Of a stretch of 64,000 nucleotides of DNA, positions 50,807 to 64,000 are shown piece after piece. Origin of the DNA: Octopus vulgaris (Eukaryota); the NCBI GenBank assembly GCA_951406725.2, contig OX597827.1:83266001-83330000 (forward strand). The letters run 5' to 3'. The position numbers were made by a program, and so were the translations under genes. Numbering within the stretch: the first letter of the stretch is position 1; the number at the start of each line of letters is the position of its first letter. The notes below the pieces were generated by a model. It did not search any database, was not told the origin of the DNA, and saw only the letters and a program-made list of their open reading frames with translations.

Positions 50807-52654
50807 GTATATATATAAACATACACACACACTTGATATATAATATATATTTACACATATATGTTGTAAGTCCTCTTGCACTTTTTTCACGTTAAATGTT
50901 TCCAATTTATCATTAATTAGATCAAGATAATTTTATGAACAAAATTATCAACAGATAATCAAGTTATTCTTTAAAAGACTTGGAGTTTCATATTAATATT
51001 TACTGAAGCTATAAACATTATTTTATAAAACCACAGTTATAGTGTTGTGCGTGCACATGTGTGTGTAACAATTTTAATTGAAGGAAAAGTCAACTTAGCA
51101 GATTCCTTTATTTGATTAAAATAGAAAACTTTTTAGAAATCTCGGAATATATTTTAATTAAAGCATCAGCTACTACACCGTTTCTTTGTTCAGTACCATA
51201 CTAATAATTATATTTCACAGAACCCATATCAATTACTATAGATGAAATAGAGATGGCATCAACACAATGATCAGTAAGTGATGTGGACTGACATAAACAA
51301 CGGAAACTAAAAATGCAGCAAAGAACAAACTTAGATCAGGAATTGGTCAAATAAGATATTTTGCTTTGTTCAAAGGAAGAAATCTTATTGAAAGACTGAA
51401 AAGTGGAATAGCAGACTCTCTCCACTATAAGTAGGCTCTACTTTCAGCCCATCTCCTTTGCTAGCCATAAATTATTATTTATCCAAAATCTAAAATATTA
51501 TTATTAAGTAAATTTTAATAGGCTGTATATGTACATGCTGTATATGTATGTGTGTATGAGAAGTGCGGTGAGATAATGTTTTTTTTAACTAAATCCATAT
51601 TCAAAATATAAGTTATAAAAACTTAAACTGGATTAAAATTTCCCTCAGCTTGTATTTAAAAATTGTGTCCAACATGAAATTGAAGTTAAAAAAAATAATC
51701 GGAACATTATGTTTTGTGATCCCAGAGTTCTACTGAACATGACAATATGGAGGAGATACTCGTAACATACCAACTAAATATTTACTACTAGGTTCATACT
51801 TTGTATTTATATAGTAGAAAATATCCCAAACTGAAATGTTATTCCAAATCAAACAACTCAAAATAATGAATGGCACTAATTAAATTATTTTCAAATACAT
51901 CAATACACTCGTTAACTCCTGATGGCATAAAGAATTTAGGAACAGTTTCGCAAGAAGACAGCTTATTTTATTTTAAGGTAAATATGATATTTTTATGATG
52001 CAATAGTAATTACAAACGGTTCATTAATGATATAAGCTCTTATAAATTCTTAATAATAAACACTTTAGATCAGTAGCTATGTTGAATTTCAAAAAGACCG
52101 TTTAGTTATCATACTAAATGTTTAACGTACACTTTTCAAATCTACTATTTTAATGCAGTGTAGAGAAAATTAAAAGATTTGATTACATTAGAATCATAAA
52201 ATACAGATTACATATATTAAGTGGGATGTAACTTCTCTAAAATCTCTACATTTTTTTTTTGTTCTTTCAAAATCTTTCAGACTTGGTAGATGAAGTGATC
52301 ACTTACTTTCTCAACAAGGTTAACAAATAAATTCCTTAGAAAAAGTAAGTAAGCTTAACCTTTGAAATCTTTTAGTAATTCATTTGCACATACAGTTTAC
52401 AGTCAAAAACTTTGACAGTTTTCCATCATTTTTATATGTTAGATAATTAATCTATCAAGTGTACCTGTTCAGTTACTGTAGAAACGGATTCAACCAATAT
52501 ATTTTCATGTTTGCTGACATTGTCATTACATATGAAATAGATATTTTCACAACAGTTAATGTTATAAATTTTTCCTGAGAATAATATTGTCGGTTATTGT
52601 ATTGGATCTAGTCAAAAGATACTTAAAGAACTAATCAGCATTGCTAACTGAACG

Positions 52655-52936
52655 TTTTGCCAAATCGCCTGGCCCCTGTGCCGGTGGCACGTAAAAAGCA
52701 CCATCCGTCCGTGGCCGTCTGCCAGCTCCGTCTGGCACCTGTGCGGGTGGCACGTAAAAAGCACCCACTACACTCACGGAGTGGTTGGTGTTAGGAAGGG
52801 CATCCAGTCGTAGAAACACTGCCAGATCAGACTGGGCCTGATGCAGCCTTCTGGCTTCACAGACCCCAGTTGAACCGTCCAACCCATGCTAGCATGGAAA
52901 GCGGACGTTAAATGATGATGATGATGATGATGATGA
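52655..52936 (+). mobile_element. RTE 3'-UTR-derived short repeat (young)
   Basis: Near-identical to 32043-32293; (GAT)n tail. Confidence 0.85.
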
Positions 52937-53231
52937 TTGTGTGAGAGGAAAGGAAAGACATGTTATAAATGAAACATTGAAATGCAACCAATAATAATCA
53001 ATTTGATACCAGTAATTGGGCTGAAAATTTCTCCAGATTAACACAGGCAAAGTGGATGTCATGTCATAATGGATTCTCAAAAGATATTCTATTTATTTTT
53101 TTTCTAAATAAACGTGTGGCCATTATTTTGATAAACCTGTAAAATTAGCCCAGAGCATTTCCATCATTGGTGGAGAATGCTTTCATGTAAAATCAACTAT
53201 TTCTTTTGAAAAGTACCAAAAATATTGGTAT

Positions 53232-53587
53232 CTTTTATCTTTTACTTGTTTCAGTCATTGGACTGTGGTCATGCTGGGGCAAAATCAACCCCAGTACTTA
53301 TTTTTTAAGTTTGATACTTACTCTATCAGCCTCTTTTGCCAAACCTCTAAGTTAGAGACATCAACAACCAACACTGGTTGTCAAGCAGCAGTGGAAGCAT
53401 ACACAGACACAAAGACACACACACATACACTGGGTTTCTTTCAGTTTCCATCTACCACATCTACTCACAAAGCTTTGGTCAACCTGGGGCTATAGCAGAA
53501 GACACTTGCCCAATCACCATGAAGTAGGATTGAACTTGGAACCATGTGGTTGGGAAGCAACTTTCTTACCACACCGCCAAGCCTGTG

Positions 53588-53588
<1 letters not shown>
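53232..53588 (-). mobile_element. Family-A SINE
   Basis: TTTTACTTGTTTCAGTCATT..GACACTTGCCCAA..TTACCACAC. Confidence 0.85.
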
Positions 53589-53623
<35 letters not shown>

Positions 53624-55046
53624 GAAGGTTGAAAAGGAACACTCAAGTTGATATGTTAAATAAAATAAGTCAAGGCAGAAAATGCTATAATAATTTTATC
53701 ATGTTACTCTAGAGTTGTGCGGAAACCAGCATGTCAAAGAATAGATCTGTGTCATAAAAGGCAACTAAAAGAGGCTGAGGTAGGATTTGCACTCCGACTT
53801 CGTAAAACCCTCACCATCAATGACTACCCAATAGACCCTAAGTGGTACAAAGGAGTCATCCACCAGGAGCAACAGGGAATCACCAACAATGGTGGATGCA
53901 GCAACATGCTGTCACAGCACATATCTCTATACTACTACAATGCACCACTCAGTAAATATAAACATGCACACACACACACACATTAGCAGCATCAATAAGC
54001 TCATTAAACCCAAATACTGTGATTAAATATACAGCAGGAGAAATAGTAAAGAGAAAGACTCACTTCCAAACACTACCCAAAGTTCATCTTGTCTTCTCCC
54101 ACTGTGGCAACCATCAAAACATTAAAAAACTGGGCAGCTAAGAATCAGTAATTTCTCCAGATAGTCACACTGTACTCTATAATAAAGCACTGCATTTTGG
54201 AGAGTACAGTCTGGTCATTGACTAAGCAGAAACACAGTACATTTGGTTGTGTGGATTACATCCAATCATTATAACTACATGTCATGGGCCAGCTCAATTA
54301 GAACTGACCAGAGCTTCACATAAACTTTCATTTATATACTTCATGTAAATTGCATGCCCAAATTACTTCACAATCATACACATCACACCTCTTATAAATA
54401 GCCATCATACACACTGCTAGTTATGGCCACTTAAAGACATGCTGAAAATTCAAAGGAAGACTGCATTTGAAATTAACGAAGTAAATCAAAATCTCATAAC
54501 TAAACCCCTAACTCAATTCAGGTCGCATAACAAAAATCTCAGCCAAAAGCAATGTGACCATTTATCTCATCTCTTCATTATCATATTAAACTAAATATGG
54601 CTTTATATCTTTGCCTAATTTTAATTATAAACCAGCCTTTACAGGTGTAGTATAGGCTATCATTGGGTTCAGTATATTACAAATATTTATGCAGATAACC
54701 TCCAATGTTCTCTCAAATTGATTTCTAAATTCTGTCTGCAATCCTATGTTTTTGCTTTGCTTTCAGAAATTCCAGATATTTAATAAACCGAAGTAGATAA
54801 TGGTTCAATCTCCAGTTTGTAGAGAAGGTAGGTATTTCATTCAGTTTTATTGATATCACCAATATGTTGCCCCCACTGATACACCATTCCCTATTTACCA
54901 GGTCCCAAACCAGGTGGTAAGACATGAAATTTGACCTCAGAATACAAAGAGTCACACCAGACACCATTACACATCCTGTTTGATGCTCTACAAATTCTGC
55001 CAACTCACTATCCTAGACTGGAACTTTATTTATCAACCCCTAAAGC

Positions 55047-55462
55047 AGTATGGTTCTACAGCTGGATGCCCTTCCTAATGCCAACCACTTTATAGAGTGT
55101 ACTGGATGCTTTTTGTGACACAAGCATGGGTGCTTTATAAGTGGCACCAATATGGATGCTTTTTACAAGACACTGGATGGGTGCAATTCACGTGGCACCA
55201 ACATGGGGGCTTTTCTTGTGGCACCAGCATGGGGGCTTTTAACATGGCACTCGCACATGTACTTTCCATGTGGCACCCGTGAGCTCACAAGACAAGGACC
55301 TCTCAACTGAGAGAGGGAATAGGGAGGCAACACTAAATCACCACAAGTTTCAGTCCCTTGTCATCTCCTAACATCTGAATATCTGTTCTCACCACTTCAT
55401 CCCATGTCTTCCTGAGTCTACTCCTTCTACAGGTTCCCTCCACTGTTAGAGATTGGCACTTA
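55047..55462 (-). mobile_element. RTE 3' end remnant
   Basis: CTACAGCTGGATGCCCTTCCTAATGCCAACCAC, ~22-nt GTGGCACCA units, ACCACTTCATCCCATGTCTTCC (reverse complement of RKTWDEVV). Confidence 0.8.
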
Positions 55463-55599
55463 TTCATTACTTTTATTTATATATAAGTGTGTGTGTGTGT
55501 GTGTGTGTGTGTGTCATTTGTGAGTGGAGGAATGTATCTGAAATGTTTCGGGTTTTTTCGTTTTTTTTCTTTCTTGTATAATCTAGTTTATTACACTGT

Positions 55600-56005
55600 T
55601 GTAGCATATTGCCAAAACTCCATACTAATTGTTAGCAGTTATAATTGTTGCAGTCTGAAAAAGATTTTCAAACTGAGACTCAATATCATTATAGGGAGCA
55701 AGTGGTTGATTGAGGTCCTTCTCGCCTTGGAGTCACTTCTTATACAATTTAGGGTTCCATTTAATGAGATAACAGCCACACAGATCAAGTTAATCTACAT
55801 TGGATATTGCCATTTTATTTGAAGTCCACCAGCTGCTTTTCACAAACCCAATAATCAGTGTTGATACATCTATTGACCCAAAGAACCAAGAACTCTATCC
55901 AAGGAGTTCATGTAGTCTTCTAATACTGTCATGTTTATCAGTAACTGGTTTTTACATCCATAGGATCCATTTCGACAACCCTTCTTTTCTTCTGGTAGAT
56001 TTTTT
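55600..56005 (-). mobile_element. Decayed R4/Dong-clade RT fragment
   Basis: Minus strand translates to NLPEEKKGCRNGSYGCKNQLLINMTVLED and later INHLL, matching the LPEEQKGC..S.GCKDQLLI motif of R4/Dong RT. Confidence 0.7.
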
Positions 56006-56010
56006 CTGTA

Positions 56011-56045
<35 letters not shown>

Positions 56046-56047
<2 letters not shown>

Positions 56048-56443
56048 CGCAGGAGTGGCTGTGAGGTAAGTAGCTTGTTTACCAACCACATGGGTCTGGG
56101 TTCAGTCCCACTGCGTGGCACCTTGGGCAAGTGTCTTCTACTATAGCCTCGGGCCGACCAAAGCCTTGTGAGTGGATTTGGTAGACGGAAACTGAAAGAA
56201 GCCTGTCGTATATATGTATATATATATGTGTGTGTGCTTGTGTGTCTGTGTGTCAAGCATTGCTTGACAACCGATGCTGGTGTGTTTACGTCCCCGTCAC
56301 TTAGCGGTTTGGCAAAAGAGACCGATAGAATAAGTACTGGGCTTACAAAAGAATAAGCCCCGGGGTCAAGTTGCTCGACTAAAGGCGGTGCTCCAGCATG
56401 GCTGCAGTCAAATGACTGAAACAAGTAAAAGAGTAAAAAGAGT
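56046..56443 (+). mobile_element. Family-A SINE (full length, young)
   Basis: GGCGCAGGAGTGGCTGTG..GGTTCAGTCCCACTGCGTGGCACCTTGGGCAAGTGTCTT..GAAACAAGTAAAAGAGTA; starts directly after a (TA)n run. Confidence 0.92.
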
Positions 56444-56445
56444 AT

Positions 56446-57039
56446 ACCATCATCGTCATCACCATTTAACATCCACTCTCCATGCTGGCATGGGTTAGAC
56501 AGTTTGACTGGAACTGGTAAGCCGGAGAGTTGCACCAGGTTCCAGTCTGAATTTGGCTTGATCTCTACAGCTGGATGCCCTTCTTAACACCAACCACTTG
56601 GAGAGTGTAGTGAGTACCTTTTATGTGTCACTGGCATAGGCACCTTTACATGTGACCAGCACCGGTGCTTTTAGGTGTCACTGGTATGGATGCTTTTTAC
56701 ATGTCCATCTCATCTTGTCTTCCTGGGTCTCTTCCACAGGTTCCCTCCACAGTTAGAGATTGGCACTTCTTTACACAGCTGTCCTCATTCATATGCATCA
56801 CAAGACCATACCAGAGCAGTCATCTCTCTTGCACGTTACATCTGATGCTGCTCATACACAATTTTGCTCTCACGATGCTCACACTTTGTTGTACATGTAC
56901 GCTAATACTGCACATCCAGCAAAGCATATTAGCTTCTTTCAGGCTTTTGCATGTCCTCTGCAGTCACAGCCCATGTTTCACTACCATGTAGCATGGCTGT
57001 TCACATACAGACATCATACAATCTGCCTTTCACTCTGAG
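56446..57039 (-). mobile_element. RTE 3' fragment
   Basis: Tail module plus minus-strand remnants RVKGRLYD..SETW..WYGLVMHMNEDSC. Confidence 0.8.
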
Positions 57040-57618
57040 ATGGCCTTGCTCGATATGTAGAATATTAATTTTAACCTTAGTTTTAGACCTCAACTCTTAG
57101 ATCTTGTATTTGCTAGTGTGGCATCTATTTCTAGCACTAACACAACTGTCTCCCTTCCCCTCTAGTAAAACTGACTACCTACCACATCTGACACTACCAC
57201 TCTATTACTTCCACACCCCCTCCCATTGCTACTCAAACTGTAGGTCTGACATCTTGATTATTTACTCCTTATCTGTCTTTACACTCATGCCCCCTAATCT
57301 CTCTGGGCAGGAGTATCCCTCATAGTACTGATTAGCATATATCTAATACAAAATTCCTATCTACCTATCTTTCTCCCACCTGAATGTACTCTACTTATTC
57401 TTCCTCTTAGTATTTATCCAACTTTGGAACTGCTAACATCCATTTTCCCTCACTATGGATTACTATTTGGCCATTCTCTCTGATCATGGATTTATCTAAT
57501 GAATACCTGATCTTACTGAACATATTTGGATCCCTCCTCACTCTCTGGACATAATGAACCACAACAACCATCACTGATGAAGACCTTTTATTTCACTGTT
57601 ACATATGTTTAACCTAGT

Positions 57619-57708
57619 TCTCTCCGATGATGAAATAACCAGCATACGGAGTCTTCACTTGGTATGATGTTCCAATACCTGGGATATCCCAGAAACAGCT
57701 GTCAGAGA
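57619..57708 (+). ncRNA. Degenerate type I hammerhead motif within a probable Penelope 3' region (57040-57800)
   Basis: Stem I TCTCT/AGAGA, core CCGATGA, GAAA at 57692-57695, palindromic ACAGCTGT, GUC triplet ending 57703; stem II TGAAATA/TATCCCA has two mismatches. Confidence 0.6.
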
Positions 57709-57853
57709 CTATCTCTGCCTTTCAATATATAGCTAGATTAAATTAAATGTCCTTGTCAAGTTTTGCCAAATTGTTTGTCTTCCCTTTCTACTTTAACACA
57801 CGTGTGTGTGTCTGTGGAGAGAGAGAGAGAGATACATATACATACATACACAC

Positions 57854-57931
<78 letters not shown>

Positions 57932-57954
57932 GTGTGTGTTAATGATGATCAGGA

Positions 57955-58664
57955 TGATCATCATTGTTTAGCATCCGCTTTCCAAAGCGACATGGGTTAG
58001 ATAGTTTGATTGGAACTGGTAAGCCAGAGACCTGTACCCAGTTCCAGTTTGATCTGGCATGGTTTCTATAGATGGATGCCCTTCCTAAAGCCAACCACTC
58101 CAAGAGTGTAATGAGTGCTTTCTATGTGCCACCAGCATGGCTGCTTGTTATAAGACACTAGCATTGGCCACAACTTGATGAGCCTTCTCAAGCACAGTAT
58201 ATCACCAACAGTCTTGATTATTTGTGATCGTCTCTGTCAGGCTTAACATTCAAAGAGCCCGCTTCATCACCTCATCCCATATCTTCCTGGGTTTACCTCT
58301 CCTGCAGGTTCCCTCTACAGTTAGAGATTGGTACTTCTTTACACAGCAGTCCTCATCCATACACATCACATGACCATGCCAGCACAGTCATCTCCCTTGC
58401 ACACAACGTCTGATGCCTCTTATGCCCAATTTTTCCCACAAGACACTTACACTCTGTTGTACATGTGCACTAACTTTGCACATCCAGTGAAGCATAGTCA
58501 ACTCTGCTGAGTGGTTGATGTTAGGAAGGGCATTCAGCCATAAAAATCCTGCCAAAACAATCACAAAAGTCTGGTGCAGGCTTCAGCCTGGCCGACTCTT
58601 GTGATACTGTCCCACCCATGCTAGCATGGAAGACAGACAATAAATGATGATGATGATGATGGTG

Positions 58665-58666
<2 letters not shown>
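57955..58666. mobile_element. Minus-strand RTE 3' fragment (57955-58500) abutting a plus-strand RTE tail repeat (58500-58666)
   Basis: GGATGCCCTTCCTAAAGCCAACCACTC versus GAGTGGTTGATGTTAGGAAGGGCATTC in opposite orientations. Confidence 0.75.
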
Positions 58667-58716
<50 letters not shown>

Positions 58717-58719
58717 ATA

Positions 58720-60428
58720 ATGGTATGCTTGCACTTAGTGATATGGACAACAAAGAGACAGGGAAAAGTTACTATGCAAGACTGTTGAATGTGGAGTATG
58801 AATGAGATAAAGGGAGTCTCCCTCATGTAAACCCAACAGAGGAACCAGCTAATCTAGTGGACAGCAGTATGATAGATAAGGCAATTAAAGACATGAAAAC
58901 TGGGAAAGCCCTTGGTCCATCTGCAATCACTGCTGATATGCTCAAAACATCTGGTAAGTTAGGATATGGGCTCGTCTACCACATAGTTAATCAGGTCATT
59001 CAGGAAGGTGTAATAGCCAGTGGCTGGCATGTCAGCATTATTGTTAGCTGCTATAAGGGTTAGTGGGATGCTTTAGATAGAAGCAATTATAAAGGCATCA
59101 AACTCCTGGACCGGGTGATGAAACTTATGGAGAGAGTTATAGCCCAATTATTTAGGTGCAGAATTAGGCTAGATGAAATGCAGTTTGAGTTCATCCTGTG
59201 GAGAAGCACTACTGACACTAACTATTATGCCATTATACTTGACATTCATTGATCTAGAGAAAACCTTCAACAGAGTACCCTGCTACGTGATATGGTGGGC
59301 TCTGAGGAGGTTAGAGATAGACAAGTGACTTGTCTAAGGGCCTTAAGGTTAACTTATCAAAGTCTAAAGTCTTAGTAAGCAAGAAAACAAACAATACTTT
59401 ACCCGCTTCAGGTAGGTGGCCCTGCTCAGTTTGCAGGAATGGTGTTGACAGGAACTCCATAGGTGTACCCAGTGTAAGCTATGGACCATAAAAGAGGTGC
59501 AGTGGAATAATAGGAAGGTTATCTGAGAAAGTAGTGTTCATGTGTGCATGATGTACAGGATCCATAAAAACTACGGAGACTCAGGAAACTGATTTTCTCA
59601 AATACCCTGGTGGCTCATTAGAGATAGTGGATAATTTCTCCTGCCTAGGGATCCAAATAAATAGTGGAGAAGGATGCACAGAGAGTGTAATAGCTAGAAT
59701 AAGAATAGGAGGGAGGAAATTCAGAGCTTTTAGTTCTGTTGGCTACAAAAGGTTTCTGTCTCAGAGGGAAAAGAAAAGTGTATGATGCATGTATAAGGAC
59801 AGCAATACTACATGGTTATGAGATGTGGGCCCTGAAAACAGAGGACATGCGAAGGCTAGAAAGGAATGAGGCTAGTATGCTCTGTTTGATGTGCAATGTA
59901 AGTGTACAAGTTCAACAGAGTGCTAGTGTATTGAAAGAGAATTTAGGCATGAAAGGAATTAGATGCAGTGTGCAAGAGAGAAGACTGCTCTGGGACTTGG
60001 TCAAGTAATGCGGATGGATGCTGACAGCTCCATAAAGAAGTGTCGATCTCTCAAATTAGATGGAACTTGTGGAATAGGAAGACATGGGATGAATACTGAA
60101 GGACAACCTCAGGACACTGAACCTTTCAGATGAGATGACAAAAGACCAAGATGCCTGGTGCTGAAGAAGACTTGTACTCCACAGCAGAAGTGTTAAGACC
60201 GCACCTACTGGTGAAGAGGATTGGCCTGCAAGAGCCCTGCACCAGTGCCATGTAAAAAGCACTTGTGCCAGTGCCACATAAAGACACCCAGCACAATCTG
60301 TAAAATGGTTGGCATTAGGAAGGGCATCCAGCAGTAGAAACCATAACAACTCTAACTGGAGTCTGGTGCAGCCTCCCAGCTCTGGTGTCATGCCAGCATG
60401 GACAATGAATGTTCAATGATGACGATGA
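58720..60428 (+). mobile_element. RTE LINE, internally deleted near 59335, with PHD finger and 3' UTR
   Basis: MKTGKALGPSAITADMLK..NYKGIKLLD..FIDLEKTFNRVP, then WPCSVCRNGV..CTQCKLW..RCSGI..CA*C, then LHGYEMWALKTEDMRRLERNE; tail module follows. Confidence 0.88.
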
Positions 60429-61104
60429 TATATCTTCTTACTTAGTGTTGATGTTTGGATCTTGTACAAGTATATGACGACTGGTCTACATTTTGGTTTT
60501 TTTTTCACAAGAGGACAGTTTTAACTCTTATTTTATTAAATCATTTGCCCATTATTTGGTGTAAATCATGTCAGTTTCTTATCCTGACAAATGGGATTTT
60601 GTTTGCTCCAGATAATTTCCATGCACCTCATCCTCTCATGGCCCCTATTATATTTTCAACTATGCTATCAACCCAATTATGTCCATTTTTTATTCTATCA
60701 GTTATTTTTTTCTTTATATATAAAGTTTTACTCCAAAATATTTTGACATTCTCTGTTTCTAGTCTTTTCTTAATGACTAATTATTTCTCCAAACATTTTA
60801 CTTTCACAAATAATTAGTTTCCACATTTGTTTAATTAAGATATCTATAACATCATGTCTACATTCAATTCAAAAGTTTCTATGTAATGGACTTTTGCTTC
60901 ATTTTGAACTTCTTTTTTTCTCAAAGGAATTTTACCAATTTTGTTTAGGGATCTCACTTATTTTCATCTTTTCTTTTATTGGAACCTTTACTCTCAAAAT
61001 AGGATTTCTTATGTATTCTACTCGACTTCCTTATTTTGATACCTGCAGTTCCACCTTACATGCACTGTGGCATATTATCATTATTATTATTATTATTATT
61101 ATTA

Positions 61105-61320
61105 AAAGGTGGCAAGCTGGCAGAATCGTTAGCATGCTGGGCAAAATGCTTAGTGACATTTCATCTGCCACTACATTCTGAGTTCAAATTCTGCCGAGAT
61201 CATCTTCACCTTTCATCCTTTCAAAGTCAATAAATTAAGTACCAGTTGTGTACTGGAGTCGATGTAATCGACTATCCCCTTCCCCCAAATTTCAGGACTT
61301 GTGCCTATAGTAGAAAGGAT
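61105..61320 (+). mobile_element. Family-B SINE flanked by (ATT)n
   Basis: AAGGTGGCAAGCTGGCAGAATCGTTAGCA..GAGTTCAAATTCTGCCGAG..AAGTACCAG. Confidence 0.9.
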
Positions 61321-61940
61321 TATTATTATTATAAATATTATTATTATTATTATCATTTAGGTCTTCCATTATTTCAAATCAAAGTAAATTTAACATAATT
61401 GAAACATAAACAACTTTCTCTGCTGTTTAATAGAATTTTCCCCTTAGACAGGCAAAGCCAATCTTCAGTTCTTCAACCACCAAAATTACAGAAGAGTTCA
61501 GGCATCAACTAAATTCCTACTAACTTACAAGACCTAGTGATACTGAAACAGCAGCAGAATTCTTCTGTTGGGAATCTCGCTTCTTGACAAAAACTAACTA
61601 TCAGCATTCTAAATGTTCTCAGGACATGTAAAACCTATCGCCCTGCTATTTAATGCGAACCTTGATAACTTATTAGCCATTGAAGTATGGCAGGCATCAA
61701 TTTACCAAAAATATACCCTGAGATTGAAGTCATCAGTAAGCAACTCTGATAAATATCCAATTATAAAACAGTTATTCATTTTGACTTTTACTTTCAAAAA
61801 TGCAAAAATTTGGGTGACAAACTCAAACATTAATTAATGTACCTAAAGGGTTAGTAACTGCTAGGGTTTGATACCTCAGAACCAGTGGGATAGTCACATC
61901 TTAACAATAACACTATTTTCTTGACTTAGAAAAGTAAAAC

Positions 61941-61980
<40 letters not shown>

Positions 61981-62509
61981 TTCACTTGTATAACAGCAAA
62001 TAATGACATCAAAAAGTAAATATAATAAAATGAGAGACGAATGGAGAGTAATCAGGGTCATTTTTACATAATTCAAAACTTATTGATTTTAATCAATATT
62101 AATACATTATCTGAAATCAAATGATTATTGATAGAAAATAAATATGGTTCCTCATTTTTGACATATCTATAAAAGATAGATAATTGATATCATTTTTTAA
62201 TTCAAGCTCCATTAATTAAACACTAAAGAACAATTTTGTGTCTAGTCAGTAGGAATAATGAGATAATTATTAGATTTAAAGCTGCTCCTATTTTTGAATG
62301 GTGTTGAGTTCCATTTAACAACTGAAGTCCATTCTGCAAACTAGAGACAAACCAATTGCAGTAACTAAGATAACAAACTGTTACCGAGGAAACAGTTAAT
62401 AAAATGACTTTTTTTTTATCTAACACAACACCAAATTGTAATGGAATAGGGGGGGGATTAACAATAATACAAATAGTAGATGTGTTTAAGTTGCATTATT
62501 TAGTTTCAG

Positions 62510-63420
62510 AGAAGTAATGTCCACAGCCGTTGTCATTGGTTACAACACTGGTGAAGTCAGTTTATTTGATATTCAGCTGGAGTTCTGAAGATAAATATTT
62601 GTAGAGAAACATCGGCAAAGAAAGAAGGTTTCCTGAATATTTATAAAGAGAGAGGTGGAGGAGCAGGGCAAAGATGAAGGAATGAATAAGATCCCTCAAG
62701 TGTGTCTGAGAGGAAGAGATCAAATGCATCAGCTGCAACCATCTTTGAAAGCCTGGAAAGGTCATGAGTTGTGTTTCTTCCAGACTAAATCATTACTGAG
62801 GAGGAGGAGGAGGTTGTGAAGCAGCAGGAGAAGCAGGAGGTGGTGGTGGTAGTGGAGGAGCAGGAGAGCTAATGATGTTGGTACAAGTTATGTGTGGTTT
62901 ACAATGTCTGTGTATGTTACAGGTGCACCACTCTAACATAAAGCACTGTTTTAGGTTGCAGAAAGCCAAGAACTATTCCAAAGTTCAAAAGTGATGGATT
63001 TGCAATGTCATCTTGGCCAAGTGCTTGTAATGTCCTGTCATCAGAAGTTGTATACAAACTGAGAAGATATAATGGTGTAGGTGGGATTCCTTTGCTATAA
63101 GTAATACAACAGACTGGGGATATCAGGTATGTTTATAATACTAGATCTTGAGAGCAAGAATAGTTCTTTGGTTCTAAAGTGGCAGAAAACAGTCACATAA
63201 ATGATGTGCTGGCTGTTTTCAACAGCTTCCAATTGTGAATGTTGTCCTTCTCAGGAACAAAATATCCTGACAAATGTTTCATAAACATTGGTATACTAAG
63301 TGCAACAAGTATGAATAGGGACAATGTATTGGTGGGAAGGGAAGTGCTATTGTGAAGTGAGGTGGCTGGGACTTAGAATGTCCGGGTATGTTACAAGTGC
63401 ACTGCTTCTACCTTGCACAG
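62510..63420 (-). mobile_element. Possible highly decayed Penelope 3' end
   Basis: SQHIIYV..C remnant, a pyrimidine-rich tail and a hammerhead-like trace (TCCAGCTGAATA...ACAACGGCTGTGGA). Confidence 0.3.
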
Positions 63421-63557
63421 AAAGCTTGATGAATGTAGAATAATTGTCTGTTGTTTACAGATATTATCAAGAAAAGAAATAAAAGGTTAAAACTAGAAAC
63501 AGGAAACTAGATATAAGATAGCAAAAAATAAAACATACAGTATACTATACATATATA

Positions 63558-64000
63558 CAGGGTGCAATGAATAAATTGTCGCCATTTTATATTTACAATA
63601 TCGTTCATGCACATTGTTTGTTTTGGATTTTGTCGACTACACAGTATAGTAGGGTCAGTTGGGCACCATTTGTGAGAAAAACAGCACCATGAAGCAATTC
63701 ACACTGCCAGAAATTTGGAAATGATATACTGTAATGCTTGGCATTTGTGCCAGAAGCTCCAATATGAACATTTTGGAGTGTTTGGGTGTCGGAAAGAGTT
63801 GGATGAATTTAATGGTGATTACAAAGGTAAGGCAAATTGAAAAACTCCCTCTGTCATTCTGATAATAAAAGAACTCCTGAATTTGTTGGTGAGATCCAGG
63901 CCATGATTGACAATGATCCCTCCAAGTCAATCAGGTCCATCGCCAGGGACATGGGAGTGTCTGAGTTTCTTATCAGGCATTAATATATTAGGTATTCCTC
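63558..64000 (+). mobile_element. Tc1/mariner element 5' end with a pseudogenised transposase
   Basis: TA|CAGGGTG terminus; RTPEFVGEIQAMIDNDPSKSIRSIARDMGVSEFLIR is a helix-turn-helix typical of mariner-type transposases. Confidence 0.85.

Noticed and set aside
53640-54480. Possible Penelope RT tail (..LRKTLTINDYP)
   Set aside because: Only a weak NGYP-like motif; too decayed to call without a profile search.
56046-56120. tRNA gene
   Set aside because: The A/B boxes belong to a SINE head; no cloverleaf is evident and it continues into the SINE body.
61529-61717. Candidate 5' UTR exon of the minus-strand gene
   Set aside because: Splice-like signals alone are common by chance in AT-rich DNA.

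Overview
AT-rich, microsatellite-saturated eukaryotic DNA. The SINE and LINE families and the repeat landscape look like an octopus (cephalopod) genome; this is recognition from memory, not a search. Almost all ORF-track entries are microsatellite artefacts. Only one convincing host coding exon is visible: a ~1.5 kb minus-strand exon (43573-42067) encoding ~482 aa of a Ser/Gln-rich protein with an NLS-like start, a PFDLT CtBP-type motif and polyQ. Most of the rest is probably intron filled with mobile DNA: two tRNA-type SINE families, RTE LINEs carrying a PHD finger inside the RT, CR1, Tx1 and R4/Dong LINE remnants, Penelope remnants, and hAT, Tc1/mariner, pogo, Ginger-like and Helitron/Helentron non-autonomous elements. 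The most notable signal is a set of hammerhead-ribozyme motifs with palindromic (dimer-type) stem III. One near-canonical copy at 31331-31392 sits beside a perfect 16-bp fold-back that truncates a CR1 RT; variants occur at 32405-32439 and 57619-57708, and a decayed one near 20140-20200. Several long intronic hairpins are candidate dsRNA/ADAR substrates.
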